From contig NZ_SBIV01000008.1 of NCBI RefSeq assembly GCF_004765795.1, positions 62,001 through 126,000 of the forward strand: DNA of 64,000 nucleotides, written 5' to 3'. How positions within the stretch are numbered: position 1 is the stretch's first letter; each line of letters opens with the position of its first letter. The stretch is from Halorussus marinus (GTDB taxonomy: Archaea > Halobacteriota > Halobacteria > Halobacteriales > Haladaptataceae). The translations under genes were made by a program, and so were the position numbers. Below, one piece after another: positions 53,424-61,885 of this stretch. The notes beneath the pieces are model-generated. The model saw only the letters and a program-made list of their open reading frames with translations. It ran no database searches and had not been told where the DNA came from.

Positions 53424-54248
53424 GCTGAGGACCGCCTCCTCGCGGTCTGGGCGGCGCTCGCCTGCCTGCTCGTGGTGACGGGCGCGCTCGCGCCGACGCT
53501 GGCGTCGGCCCGCCCCGCGAACCAGATCCCGGTCGAGTCGGTCCGGGCCGACGAGAACCCCCAGCGGCCGACCGGCGAGGCGTGGGACGCCGTGCCCGCC
53601 GTCGAGGTGCCGATGACCAGCGCCCCGAGCGGACTGCCGAACGCCGACGAGACGTCGATCGAGGGGATTCGGGTCCAGTCGGCCGAGTCCGACGGTCGAT
53701 TCTACCTCCGACTGTCGTGGGCCGACGAGACGGCCGACCTGAACGCCTCGGCCCCCCGGGAGTTCGCCGACGCGGTCGCGGTGCAGGTGCCGGCCAACAC
53801 CAGCGTCCGCCCGCCGATCGCGATGGGTAGCACCCGCAACCCGGTCAACGTCTGGTACTGGCGGGGCGACGCCGGGACCGAGGAGCTGTTGGCCGGGGGC
53901 GCGGGGACCACGACCCCCTTCGAGCGGCCCGCGGTGAACGCCTCGGCGACCCACGACGACGGGCGCTGGACGGTCGTGCTCTCGCGGCCGACCGCGGCCG
54001 ACGCCGCCAACAGGACCACGCTGGCGGTCGAGCGCGACGTCGACGTGTCGTTCGCGGCGTGGAACGGCTCGGAGATGGAGCGGTCGGGGCGGAAGTCGGT
54101 CAGCGAGTGGTACCACTTCCGGCTCGGCCCCGGCCCGCAGGGCCCGCCCTACGAGTCGATCCTGTGGACGATCGCGGGGCTCGCCATCGTCGGCGTCTCG
54201 CTGGTGACGATCCAGGCGGTCCGGAACACCGGAGGTGGAGCCGAATGA
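53421..54248 (+). CDS. Heme b-binding subunit (ethylbenzene dehydrogenase gamma/DOMON-like; NarM-like)
   Basis: Signal peptide; 'FADAVAVQ', 'IAMG...VNVWYW', 'FAAWNGSEMERSGRK'; C-terminal TM; GGAGGT RBS before ATG 53421. Confidence 0.85.
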   Translation: MAEDRLLAVWAALACLLVVTGALAPTLASARPANQIPVESVRADENPQRPTGEAWDAVPAVEVPMTSAPSGLPNADETSIEGIRVQSAESDGRFYLRLSWADETADLNASAPREFADAVAVQVPANTSVRPPIAMGSTRNPVNVWYWRGDAGTEELLAGGAGTTTPFERPAVNASATHDDGRWTVVLSRPTAADAANRTTLAVERDVDVSFAAWNGSEMERSGRKSVSEWYHFRLGPGPQGPPYESILWTIAGLAIVGVSLVTIQAVRNTGGGAE

Positions 54249-54958
54249 CCGCCGACGCTCGCGAGGACCCACCGGTCGATACCGACCGCCTCGGCGCCGA
54301 CGACCTCGACCGCCGGGCGGCCGCCCGCGGCGGGCTCTACGGGCTGCTCGCCACGCTGTTCGACGAGCCCGACGAGGCGACGTACGCCCGGCTGGCGGCC
54401 GGCGACGTCGACGAGACCTGCCGGGCGCTGGTCAAGGCCTCGGGGCTCGCGGTCGACTCGCCGGACCTCACCGTCGCCGAGGACCGCGAGACGCTGTGTG
54501 CCCGGTTCAACGACCTGTTCACCGTCGGCTACGCCGAGTACGAGGACCGGACCGATGGGTCGCTCGACAGCGAGGGGCCGCCGGTGTCGCTGTACGAGAC
54601 CGCCTACCGCCCCGAGGCGTCGTGGAACGACGTGAACCTCGATCTGGCGCGGGCGTACGACTACTTCGGGCTCGACGTCGACGAGTCGGCCCGCGACAAC
54701 CACGACTACCTCCCGTACCAGCTCGAGTTCGCGGGCTACCTCGCGCGCCGGGAGGCCGAGTCGTCGACGGACGCCGCGCGGGCCCGGCTCGACCTCCACG
54801 ACCGCCACCTCCACGTCGTCGCGGGCGGCCTGGCCGACCGGCTGGCCGAGGAGTCCGGGACGAGCATCTACGGCGAACTCGCCGGCTTCCTCGACCGGCT
54901 GGTGACCGCCGATCAGGCCGCGCTCGCCGATCGTTTCGAAGGGGGTGACCCCGAGTGA
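54245..54958 (+). CDS. narJ: TorD/NarJ-family molybdoenzyme chaperone
   Basis: Motifs 'VSLYETAY', 'AYDYFGL' and 'HDYLPYQLEF'. Confidence 0.82.
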   Translation: MTADAREDPPVDTDRLGADDLDRRAAARGGLYGLLATLFDEPDEATYARLAAGDVDETCRALVKASGLAVDSPDLTVAEDRETLCARFNDLFTVGYAEYEDRTDGSLDSEGPPVSLYETAYRPEASWNDVNLDLARAYDYFGLDVDESARDNHDYLPYQLEFAGYLARREAESSTDAARARLDLHDRHLHVVAGGLADRLAEESGTSIYGELAGFLDRLVTADQAALADRFEGGDPE

Positions 54959-55851
54959 GCCGCCGTCGAGCCGAGCGGACGGCCCGAACGCCCGGCGATC
55001 GCCTCGGGGCGCGTCTGGCGGGGCTCTCGGCGGTCGTGCCGGTCTCGCCCCGCGTCGTCGCCGGACTGCTCGCGGTCGTCCCGGTCGCCGGAGCGACGCT
55101 GTACCGGGTCGCGCACAACGCCCCCGGACCGGTGCCGGCCGGGGTCGCCGAACTCGCCGCCGTCGGGCTCCCGACGGCGGTCGCGGGCCCGGCGGTGGCG
55201 GCGCTAGTGCTCGCGGCGCTCGCCGACGCGCCCGGCGAGCGGGTCGGCCTCGCGTTCGCCGGCGGGTTCGGACTGCTCGCGATCGCGTCGCCGGCGGCGT
55301 GGTACCCCGCCGCGGCCGGAACCGTCTGTGGCGGCGCGCTCGCTGTCGCGGAGCGTGCGCGCCGCCTCGGGGCTGACGCGAGCCTGCGGAGGGCTTGCCG
55401 GGTCGGCGTCGGCGCCGTCCTCGCGACCGGCGTCGGCGTCTCGCTCGCGGCGAGCGCGGGCGTCGCGCCGGCGACGCTCCGTCCGATCGGGTCGGTCGCG
55501 GCGCTGGTCGGGATCGGTCTGACCCCCGCGCTCGTCGGCTGGGACCGGGCGAGCCTGGCGGCCGGCGCGCTCGCGGGCGGCCTGACGTTCGGGCTCGCGA
55601 CGAGCGCCCCCTACGTCGCCGGGGCGGTGATGCTCGTCGGCGGCGGGGTCGTCGACGCGCCGCTCGGGCTCGTCGCGTTCGCGGTCGCCGGCGGCGTCGC
55701 CGGGATCGTCCGCGGGGGTCGGCGCCGCAGGCCCGACCGCTCGCTCGGGGCCGGACTGGTGGTCGCGGCCGGCGTCCCGGGAACGCTGCTCGGGGCGCTC
55801 GGCGTCGTCGTCGCGCTCGCGCTGCTCGCAGACGGGGGTGAGTCTGCGTGA
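54955..55851 (+). CDS. Hydrophobic membrane protein of the nar cluster, function unknown
   Basis: Ala/Gly/Leu-rich multi-TM ORF coupled by GTGA overlaps on both sides. Confidence 0.6.
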   Translation: MSRRRAERTARTPGDRLGARLAGLSAVVPVSPRVVAGLLAVVPVAGATLYRVAHNAPGPVPAGVAELAAVGLPTAVAGPAVAALVLAALADAPGERVGLAFAGGFGLLAIASPAAWYPAAAGTVCGGALAVAERARRLGADASLRRACRVGVGAVLATGVGVSLAASAGVAPATLRPIGSVAALVGIGLTPALVGWDRASLAAGALAGGLTFGLATSAPYVAGAVMLVGGGVVDAPLGLVAFAVAGGVAGIVRGGRRRRPDRSLGAGLVVAAGVPGTLLGALGVVVALALLADGGESA

Positions 55852-56675
55852 GAGACGAGGAGGCGACCGACGGCCCGCCGGACCCGCAACTCGACCCCGA
55901 GCGGAGCCCCGGGTTCGACGCCGAGCCCGCGGGGCTCGAAGACATCGAGGTCGATCGGGACGTGACCATCGGCGAGGCAACGCCCGCGGAGCTCGCGGCC
56001 AGCGACACCGAGCCGGTCGCCGACGACGAGGTGGCCGATCTGCTCGACTCGCTCGCCGGCGACGAGGTCGTCGAGCGCCGGCGGGCCGCGCTGGCGCTCG
56101 CGGACCGCGAGCCGGCTCCAGCGATCGTCGAGGCGGTGTCGGCGGCCGCGAGGACCGACGACGACGCCGAAGTCCGGCAGTTCGCGGTCGAGGCGCTCGC
56201 GAAGCTCGGCGGGTCGGTCGCGGCCGAGACCGCGCTCGCGCTGACCGACGATCCCGAGCCGTGGGTCCGGGCGGAAGCGGTCGTCGCGCTCGATCGGCTC
56301 GATCGGGCGGCCCACGAGCCCGCCATCGAGGCGGCGCTCGACGACGACCACCACGCGGTCCGGCGGAACGCCGCGGTGTCGCTGTTCAAGCGCCGCGGCG
56401 AGGGCGCGCTGTCGGTCCTGCTCGGGCTGGTCGACGATCCGAGCGAGCGGGTCCGCGAGTGGGCCGCCCACCTGCTCGGCGGCATCGACGACGAGCGGGC
56501 CGAGGAGGCGCTGGCCCGACTCGCCGACGACGAAAGCGACATCGTCCGGAAGACGGCCGCCCGCGCACGCGAGGTCGACGCGGGTAGCTTCCGCCGGCAG
56601 TTCACCGGCGCACTCGAGGAGACCGATCGGACGCTCCCGGGCGAGGACGACCTCAACCGAACCCCGAACCTCTGA
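55848..56675 (+). CDS. HEAT-repeat (PBS lyase-like) protein
   Basis: Repeated 'D....VR..A..AL' motifs. Confidence 0.85.
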   Translation: MRDEEATDGPPDPQLDPERSPGFDAEPAGLEDIEVDRDVTIGEATPAELAASDTEPVADDEVADLLDSLAGDEVVERRRAALALADREPAPAIVEAVSAAARTDDDAEVRQFAVEALAKLGGSVAAETALALTDDPEPWVRAEAVVALDRLDRAAHEPAIEAALDDDHHAVRRNAAVSLFKRRGEGALSVLLGLVDDPSERVREWAAHLLGGIDDERAEEALARLADDESDIVRKTAARAREVDAGSFRRQFTGALEETDRTLPGEDDLNRTPNL

Positions 56676-56677
56676 CA

Positions 56678-58006
56678 ATGACCGAGACCCCATCCACCGA
56701 CCGCAACCGACCGAAGCCGCCCCAAGACGACTCGGACGAGACGCGACGAGACCCGCCCGACGACGCCTCGCTCGAAGACCGGGTCGAGGCCGCGCTCCGG
56801 GCGGTCAGGGACCCGGACGCCGACGTGACCGTCTTCGAAGCTGGACTGATCGAGTCGATCGACGTCGACGGGCGGGCGGCGACCGTCGAGGCCGCGGTCA
56901 CCGAGTTCGACGAGTCGAGCGCGACCGCCGCGATGGAGGCGATGCTCCGGGCGGTCAGGGAGGTCCCCGGCGTCGAGAGCGCTCACGTCGAGCCGGTCGC
57001 GCCGACCGGCGACGACCGGACCGGCGGGGTCGCGGAGTTCGACACGGTGATCGCGGTCGCGAGCGCGAAGGGCGGGGTCGGTAAGTCGACCGTCTCGACC
57101 GGCCTCGCGTGCGCGCTCGCGGCCGACCGGCCGACCGGACTGTTCGACGCCGACATCCACGGGCCGAACGTGCCGTCGCTGCTCGAGGTCTCGGGCCCCG
57201 TCCGATCCGATCAGGCGGGCCGCCCGCTCCCGGTGGAGGCGTCGGGGCCGGACGCCGACCTCGACGTGATGAGCGTCGGCCTGATGGAGTCGGGCGCGCC
57301 GCTGGCGTGGCGGGGCGCGATGGCTCACGACGCGCTGACCGAACTGTTCGAGGACACCGCGTGGCGTGCCGACGACACGCTCGTCCTCGACCTGCCGCCG
57401 GGGACCGGCGACGTGGTGCTCACCACCCTGCAGGAGGTGCCGGTCGACGGGGTCGTGGTCGTGACGACTACCTTCCCCGCGAGCCTCGACGACACCGCCC
57501 GGAGCGTCGAACTGTTCCGCGACAACGACGTGCCGGTGCTCGGGGCGGTCGTCAACATGGGCGGGTTCACCTGTCCGACGTGCGGTGACGACCACGACCT
57601 CTTCCCCGGAAGCTCGCCTGCAGAGACGCTGTCTGCGCCCGTCCTCGCCGAGCTTCCGTTCGCGACCGAGTTCCAGGAGACGCCGGTGCCCGGCGAGCCG
57701 ATCGCCGAGTTGGCCGGGGTCGCCGAGTCGGTCGCCGACGCCGCCGCGACCGCGTGGGACCCAGATCCGCCGGACGGCGCCCTCGACATCCGCGGGGACT
57801 CTCCGGAGCGGCGCCGCGAGCGCGTCGCCGAGCGCTTCGAGGCGCTCGACAGCGGCGAGACGTTCGCGCTCGTCAGCGACCGCGATCCCGCGCCGGTCAG
57901 AGAGTATCTCGCCGAGGTGACCGACAGCCGACCCTCCGATATCGAGGGGTTCGAGGTCGAACGCCGGACCCCCGACGACTGGGTGCTCACCGCCACCCGC
58001 CCGTGA
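56678..58006 (+). CDS. Mrp/ApbC/NBP35 Fe-S carrier ATPase with N-terminal DUF59-like and C-terminal DUF2249-like domains
   Basis: Motifs 'ASAKGGVGKST', 'DADIHGPN', 'DLPPGTGD', 'CPTCG'; N-terminal 'VRDPD'; C-terminal 'LDIRG...FEALDSGETFALVSDRDPAP'. Confidence 0.88.
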   Translation: MTETPSTDRNRPKPPQDDSDETRRDPPDDASLEDRVEAALRAVRDPDADVTVFEAGLIESIDVDGRAATVEAAVTEFDESSATAAMEAMLRAVREVPGVESAHVEPVAPTGDDRTGGVAEFDTVIAVASAKGGVGKSTVSTGLACALAADRPTGLFDADIHGPNVPSLLEVSGPVRSDQAGRPLPVEASGPDADLDVMSVGLMESGAPLAWRGAMAHDALTELFEDTAWRADDTLVLDLPPGTGDVVLTTLQEVPVDGVVVVTTTFPASLDDTARSVELFRDNDVPVLGAVVNMGGFTCPTCGDDHDLFPGSSPAETLSAPVLAELPFATEFQETPVPGEPIAELAGVAESVADAAATAWDPDPPDGALDIRGDSPERRRERVAERFEALDSGETFALVSDRDPAPVREYLAEVTDSRPSDIEGFEVERRTPDDWVLTATRP

Positions 58007-58017
58007 CCGAGCCGGGG

Positions 58018-59676
58018 TTACCGACCCCCCCGGTCCGCGAACCGCGGCCGCCGACTCACACGCCGGGGCGTCGACAGTCTGGATCGGGGCTTGTCGCCGA
58101 CGGCCGCCGCCACCGCCTCGCGGAGCTGTGAGACCGTCAGTTCGCGCTCGGTCGCCTCGCGTCCGACGGTCACGTCGAGGGCGTCGGCGTCGCGCTCGCG
58201 GTCGCCGACGACCGCGTAGTACGGGACCCAGTCGGCCGCCGCGTCCGCGAGTCGGTCGCCGACGGTCGCCGTTCGGTCGTCGATATCGACCCGGACGCCG
58301 CCGGGGTCGAGGGCGGTCGCGACCGCCTCGCATCGGGCGAGGTGTCGGTCGGCGACCGGGACGAGCCGGACCTGCGTCGGCGCGAGCCACGTCGGGATCC
58401 CCGGCGGGTCCCGGCGGGCCGCGCTCGCGGCCAGCGCGTCGACCGCGCGGTCGAGCCGTCCGACCGGCGCACACCGCACGCGTCTGACCGGGCCGTCCGA
58501 TTCCGGGCCATCGCGGTCGGGTGCGGCGCGGTCGAGCCGAACCCCGGCGACCGCGAGCGCACGGTCGTCGGCGTCTATCGTGAGCAGATCGACTGCGAGC
58601 GACCGCGAGCCGCGCTTCTTCTCGGAGACTTCGACGGGGACCGGCGCGTCGAACGCCCCGGCCAGTTCGGCGAGCCACGTCTCGTTGTCGGCGTAGAACG
58701 CCCGCGTCGCCCGAACCATCGGCCGGACGTCGAGGCCCAGCGCCTCGCTCGCCCGGCTCGCCACCTCGACGCCGGCTCGGAACGCCTCGCGGGCGCGCTC
58801 GGGGTCGCGCGTCGCGGCGCGGAGTTCGGGCGTCTCGCGGCCGGGATCGAAGCGCCACGCCGGCCGATCGGTCGACTCGACGCCCGGATCGGCGACCGAC
58901 GGGGCGTCCCCGCCGGTTCGAACGCCGTCGACGCCGGCGGTCTCGATCGGCGCCCCATCGCGTTCGGCGGCGAGGTCCGCGGCGTACGCCGCCAGCACGT
59001 CCCGGACCACCGCGCCGCGGGGGAGCCACCGGAGCCCGCCGTCGTCGTCGGGCGAGTCGGCGAGTCCGGACTCGCGCAGGCGCTCGACCGCGAGCCCGTC
59101 GCCGCGGTCGCCCGCGAACGCTCCCGTCGGGTCGGCATCGAGGACGGCGCGGGCGTCGTCGAGCGCCGCGTCGAGGTCTTCGGGGTGGGTGAGCTCGCCG
59201 TCGGCTCCGAGCAGTCGGCGCTCGGTCGGCGGCGCCTCGCGGGCGTCTGCGGGGTCGATCCGGACCGATCGGCGCGCGAACGGGTGGCCCTTCGCCGAGA
59301 GGTCGAGCGCGGCGTGCCACCCGACCGGCGCGCGAACCACCTCGATCTCGGGAGCGATCGCGGCGTCGAGCCCCCGGAGGACGGTCCGGACGCGCTCGGC
59401 GTCGGCGGGGTCGTCGACGAGGTGATCAGCCGGCGAGAGGACGGCGCCGTCGGCGTTCAGGCGGTCGATCGCGGCCCGAAGCTCGTCGGCCGCGTCGGCG
59501 ACCACCGCGTCGAGGGCGGTCGCGTCGGCCGACTCGACGCCGACGAACGCGGCCACGCAGTCGGTGAGCTCGCCCGCGGACGGAGCGCCGTCGGGCTCGG
59601 CGGCGTCGACCCCCGGCTCGACCGCCGTCGTCGCCTCGAACGCGACGCGGTCGGCGTGGACGAACAGCACTCGCAT
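58018..59676 (-). CDS. Degenerate archaeal threonyl-tRNA synthetase paralog (editing-like domain, eroded core, anticodon-binding domain)
   Basis: N-terminal 'MRVLFVHAD...RAPVGWH...KGHP'; 'LRWLPRG'; C-terminal 'PTWLAPTQVRLVPV...RVDIDDR...WVPYYAVVGDRE'. The central class II motifs are not recognisable. Confidence 0.8.
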   Translation of the reverse strand: MRVLFVHADRVAFEATTAVEPGVDAAEPDGAPSAGELTDCVAAFVGVESADATALDAVVADAADELRAAIDRLNADGAVLSPADHLVDDPADAERVRTVLRGLDAAIAPEIEVVRAPVGWHAALDLSAKGHPFARRSVRIDPADAREAPPTERRLLGADGELTHPEDLDAALDDARAVLDADPTGAFAGDRGDGLAVERLRESGLADSPDDDGGLRWLPRGAVVRDVLAAYAADLAAERDGAPIETAGVDGVRTGGDAPSVADPGVESTDRPAWRFDPGRETPELRAATRDPERAREAFRAGVEVASRASEALGLDVRPMVRATRAFYADNETWLAELAGAFDAPVPVEVSEKKRGSRSLAVDLLTIDADDRALAVAGVRLDRAAPDRDGPESDGPVRRVRCAPVGRLDRAVDALAASAARRDPPGIPTWLAPTQVRLVPVADRHLARCEAVATALDPGGVRVDIDDRTATVGDRLADAAADWVPYYAVVGDRERDADALDVTVGREATERELTVSQLREAVAAAVGDKPRSRLSTPRRVSRRPRFADRGGR

Positions 59677-59713
59677 GTGCATCGAGACCGGTCGCGGCGC
59701 CAAAAGCGTGGCC

Positions 59714-60499
59714 CTACCGGTCGGCGAGCGCGGCCGGGAGGTCCGCGATCGACTCCAGCACGTAGTCGGGCGCCGGGTCGGCGGCCGCGGCGTCCTCGCG
59801 GGTCGCCACGCCGGACAGCACGAGCGCGGTCGTCATCCCCGCCCGTTCGCCCATCGCGAGGTCGGTGTCGAGGCGGTCGCCGACCACAAGACACGACCCG
59901 GCGTCCGCCCGGACGCGGTCGAGCGCCGCGGTCGCGGCCCGCTCGGAGGGCTTGCCGAGCACCGCCTCGGGGTCGCGGTCGGCCGCGCCGGCGAGCGCGG
60001 CCACGATCGCGCCCGAACCGGGCAACGGGCGACCGTCGACCGGGATCGTGCGGTCGGGATCGGTCGCCACGAACGTCGCGCCGTCGAGCGCCCACAGCCC
60101 GTCGCGCAGGCGGTCGTAGGTGAACTCCCGGTCGATCGAGCCGACCACGACCGCCGCGGCCTCGGGATCGTCGGTCAACGCGCGGTCGCGAGCCGCGAGC
60201 AGGTCACACAGCCCCTGCTCGCCGACGACGTAGACGGGATCGTCGGGGTGCTCGTCGGCGAGGTACTCGGCGGTGACGACCCCGGAGGTCAGCACCTCGC
60301 CGGGGCGAACCTCGAACCCGAGGTCGGCGAGCCACTCGCGGTAGGACGCGGGTTCCCGGGTGGGGTTGTTCGAGAACAGCAACACGTCGGCCCCGGTCTC
60401 CCGGAGTCGGTCGAGCGCGCCGATCGCGCCCGGGACGGGGTCGCCGCCCCGGACCAGCGTGCCGTCGACGTCGAGGACGACGCTTTCGAAGCCAGTCAT
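59714..60499 (-). CDS. HAD-IIA (NagD-like) phosphatase
   Basis: Motifs 'LDVDGTL', 'SNN', 'GKPS' and 'VGDRLDTD'. Confidence 0.92.
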   Translation of the reverse strand: MTGFESVVLDVDGTLVRGGDPVPGAIGALDRLRETGADVLLFSNNPTREPASYREWLADLGFEVRPGEVLTSGVVTAEYLADEHPDDPVYVVGEQGLCDLLAARDRALTDDPEAAAVVVGSIDREFTYDRLRDGLWALDGATFVATDPDRTIPVDGRPLPGSGAIVAALAGAADRDPEAVLGKPSERAATAALDRVRADAGSCLVVGDRLDTDLAMGERAGMTTALVLSGVATREDAAAADPAPDYVLESIADLPAALADR

Positions 60500-60604
60500 C
60501 GAGCGGGGGTTAGGACCGCCGCCACAAGGGTCTGTGGCCCGCGGTCGCGTCGGTCCGATCGCCCGACCACAAAGTACTTGCCCGCCACACGTAACCGCAC
60601 GAAC

Positions 60605-61612
60605 ATGAACCGCGAGACGATGCTGGCAGTCGCGATCGCCGCCGTCGTCGCGGTGTCGGTCGTCGCGGCCGCCGCGGTCCCGGGGGCGGTGGCGGACGCC
60701 GAACCCGAGGACGTCCGCCCGAGCTACCTCGACATCGAGGAGGTGTCGATCACCCCCGGCGAGGTGTCGGGCGCCACGGCGACGCTGTCGGTCGAGACCC
60801 GCCTCGACCACCGTGGCGGCGACGACGAGAACGTCACCGTCCTCGTCCGGGCGGTCCACCTCGACTCCGGGCTGGTCGAGACCACCGACGAGGTCGCGGT
60901 CCCGCCGATCTCGGGCGACCGCGAGGTGTCGGTGGTCCAGAACCTCTCGGTCGAGCGATCGGGCGGCTACCGGATCGAGACCGTGGTGTTCCGCGACGGC
61001 GAGCGCATCGGCGAGGGCAGTAAAGCGGTCCGGGGCGTGGGGACGCTCACCCCCGCCTACGCCGAGACCGACGTGCGATTCCACTGGCTCGGCGGCGAGT
61101 TCCCCGCCGTCGAGTACAGCGTCGCCGAGACCGACGGGAACCGCACCGTCCTGAACGTCTCGACCGCCCTCACCAACGACGGCGACGCCGCCTCCGAACA
61201 GCTCCGGGTCGTCCTCACCGCCCGGCAGGCCGACTCGAACATCGTCGCCGACCGCACGACCGTCCGGGTCGGCACCATCGCGCCGGGGCGGACCGCCTCG
61301 CCGAGCGCCGAACTCGAGGTGCCCGACGGCTACAACTACTACCTCGACGCGGTGCTCTGGAAGGACGGCGTGGTCGTCGGCACCGCCCGGAGCGCGGCGA
61401 ACCTGAACCCGACCGAGACCCTCTCGGTCAACGAGACCGTCCGGGAGGTCGGCGTCGAGGTGAGCGACTTCGAACGCGGCGAGGACGCACCGAGGCGCGA
61501 GACGACCGAGGCCAGCTACGACGGCGGCGGCGGCGGAATCCCCGGATTCACCGCCGTCGGGGCGCTCGCGGCGCTCGTCGGCGCGGTACTGCTCGCACGG
61601 AGACAGACATGA
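60605..61612 (+). CDS. Secreted Ig-like protein with a PGF-CTERM anchor (DUF7490-like)
   Basis: Signal peptide from ATG 60605; 'VPDGYNYYLDAVLW'; C-terminal IPGFT, TM segment and RR. Confidence 0.8.
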   Translation: MNRETMLAVAIAAVVAVSVVAAAAVPGAVADAEPEDVRPSYLDIEEVSITPGEVSGATATLSVETRLDHRGGDDENVTVLVRAVHLDSGLVETTDEVAVPPISGDREVSVVQNLSVERSGGYRIETVVFRDGERIGEGSKAVRGVGTLTPAYAETDVRFHWLGGEFPAVEYSVAETDGNRTVLNVSTALTNDGDAASEQLRVVLTARQADSNIVADRTTVRVGTIAPGRTASPSAELEVPDGYNYYLDAVLWKDGVVVGTARSAANLNPTETLSVNETVREVGVEVSDFERGEDAPRRETTEASYDGGGGGIPGFTAVGALAALVGAVLLARRQT

Positions 61613-61884
61613 CCGAGACAGACGATCCGAACGCGACCGAGGAACCGGCTCCGTCGACCACCGGCTTCGACGTGCGGACAAACATCTACCGCGGCGCGCT
61701 GGGGCTTTTCGCCCTGCTCGCGGTCGTCGCGGTCGCGCAACTCTACGCCAGCGTCGGCGCGACTATCGACACGTTCATCTCGCGGCGCTACCAGCCGCTG
61801 TACCGGACCGCGTTCAATCTGGTGGTGCTTCTCGCGGCCGGGATCGGCATCTCGTGGAGCGTCCGCCGACTGAGCGGGGAGTGA
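61609..61884 (+). CDS. Small 2-TM membrane protein
   Basis: ATGA overlap with the upstream gene; two hydrophobic helices. Confidence 0.7.
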   Translation: MTETDDPNATEEPAPSTTGFDVRTNIYRGALGLFALLAVVAVAQLYASVGATIDTFISRRYQPLYRTAFNLVVLLAAGIGISWSVRRLSGE

Positions 61885-61885
61885 G

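Noticed and set aside
54149..59320. 1723-aa minus-strand ORF and other long Arg/Pro/Gly-rich ORFs (e.g. 35420-37405, 49379-52213, 12525-14990, 37995-40535, 24864-27050)
   Set aside because: Shadow or alternate frames of real genes in high-GC DNA; non-acidic composition and no motifs.
58018..59676. Canonical thrS or a frameshifted pseudogene
   Set aside because: Catalytic motifs are not recognisable, so it is not canonical; the frame is unbroken, so it is not a classical pseudogene.
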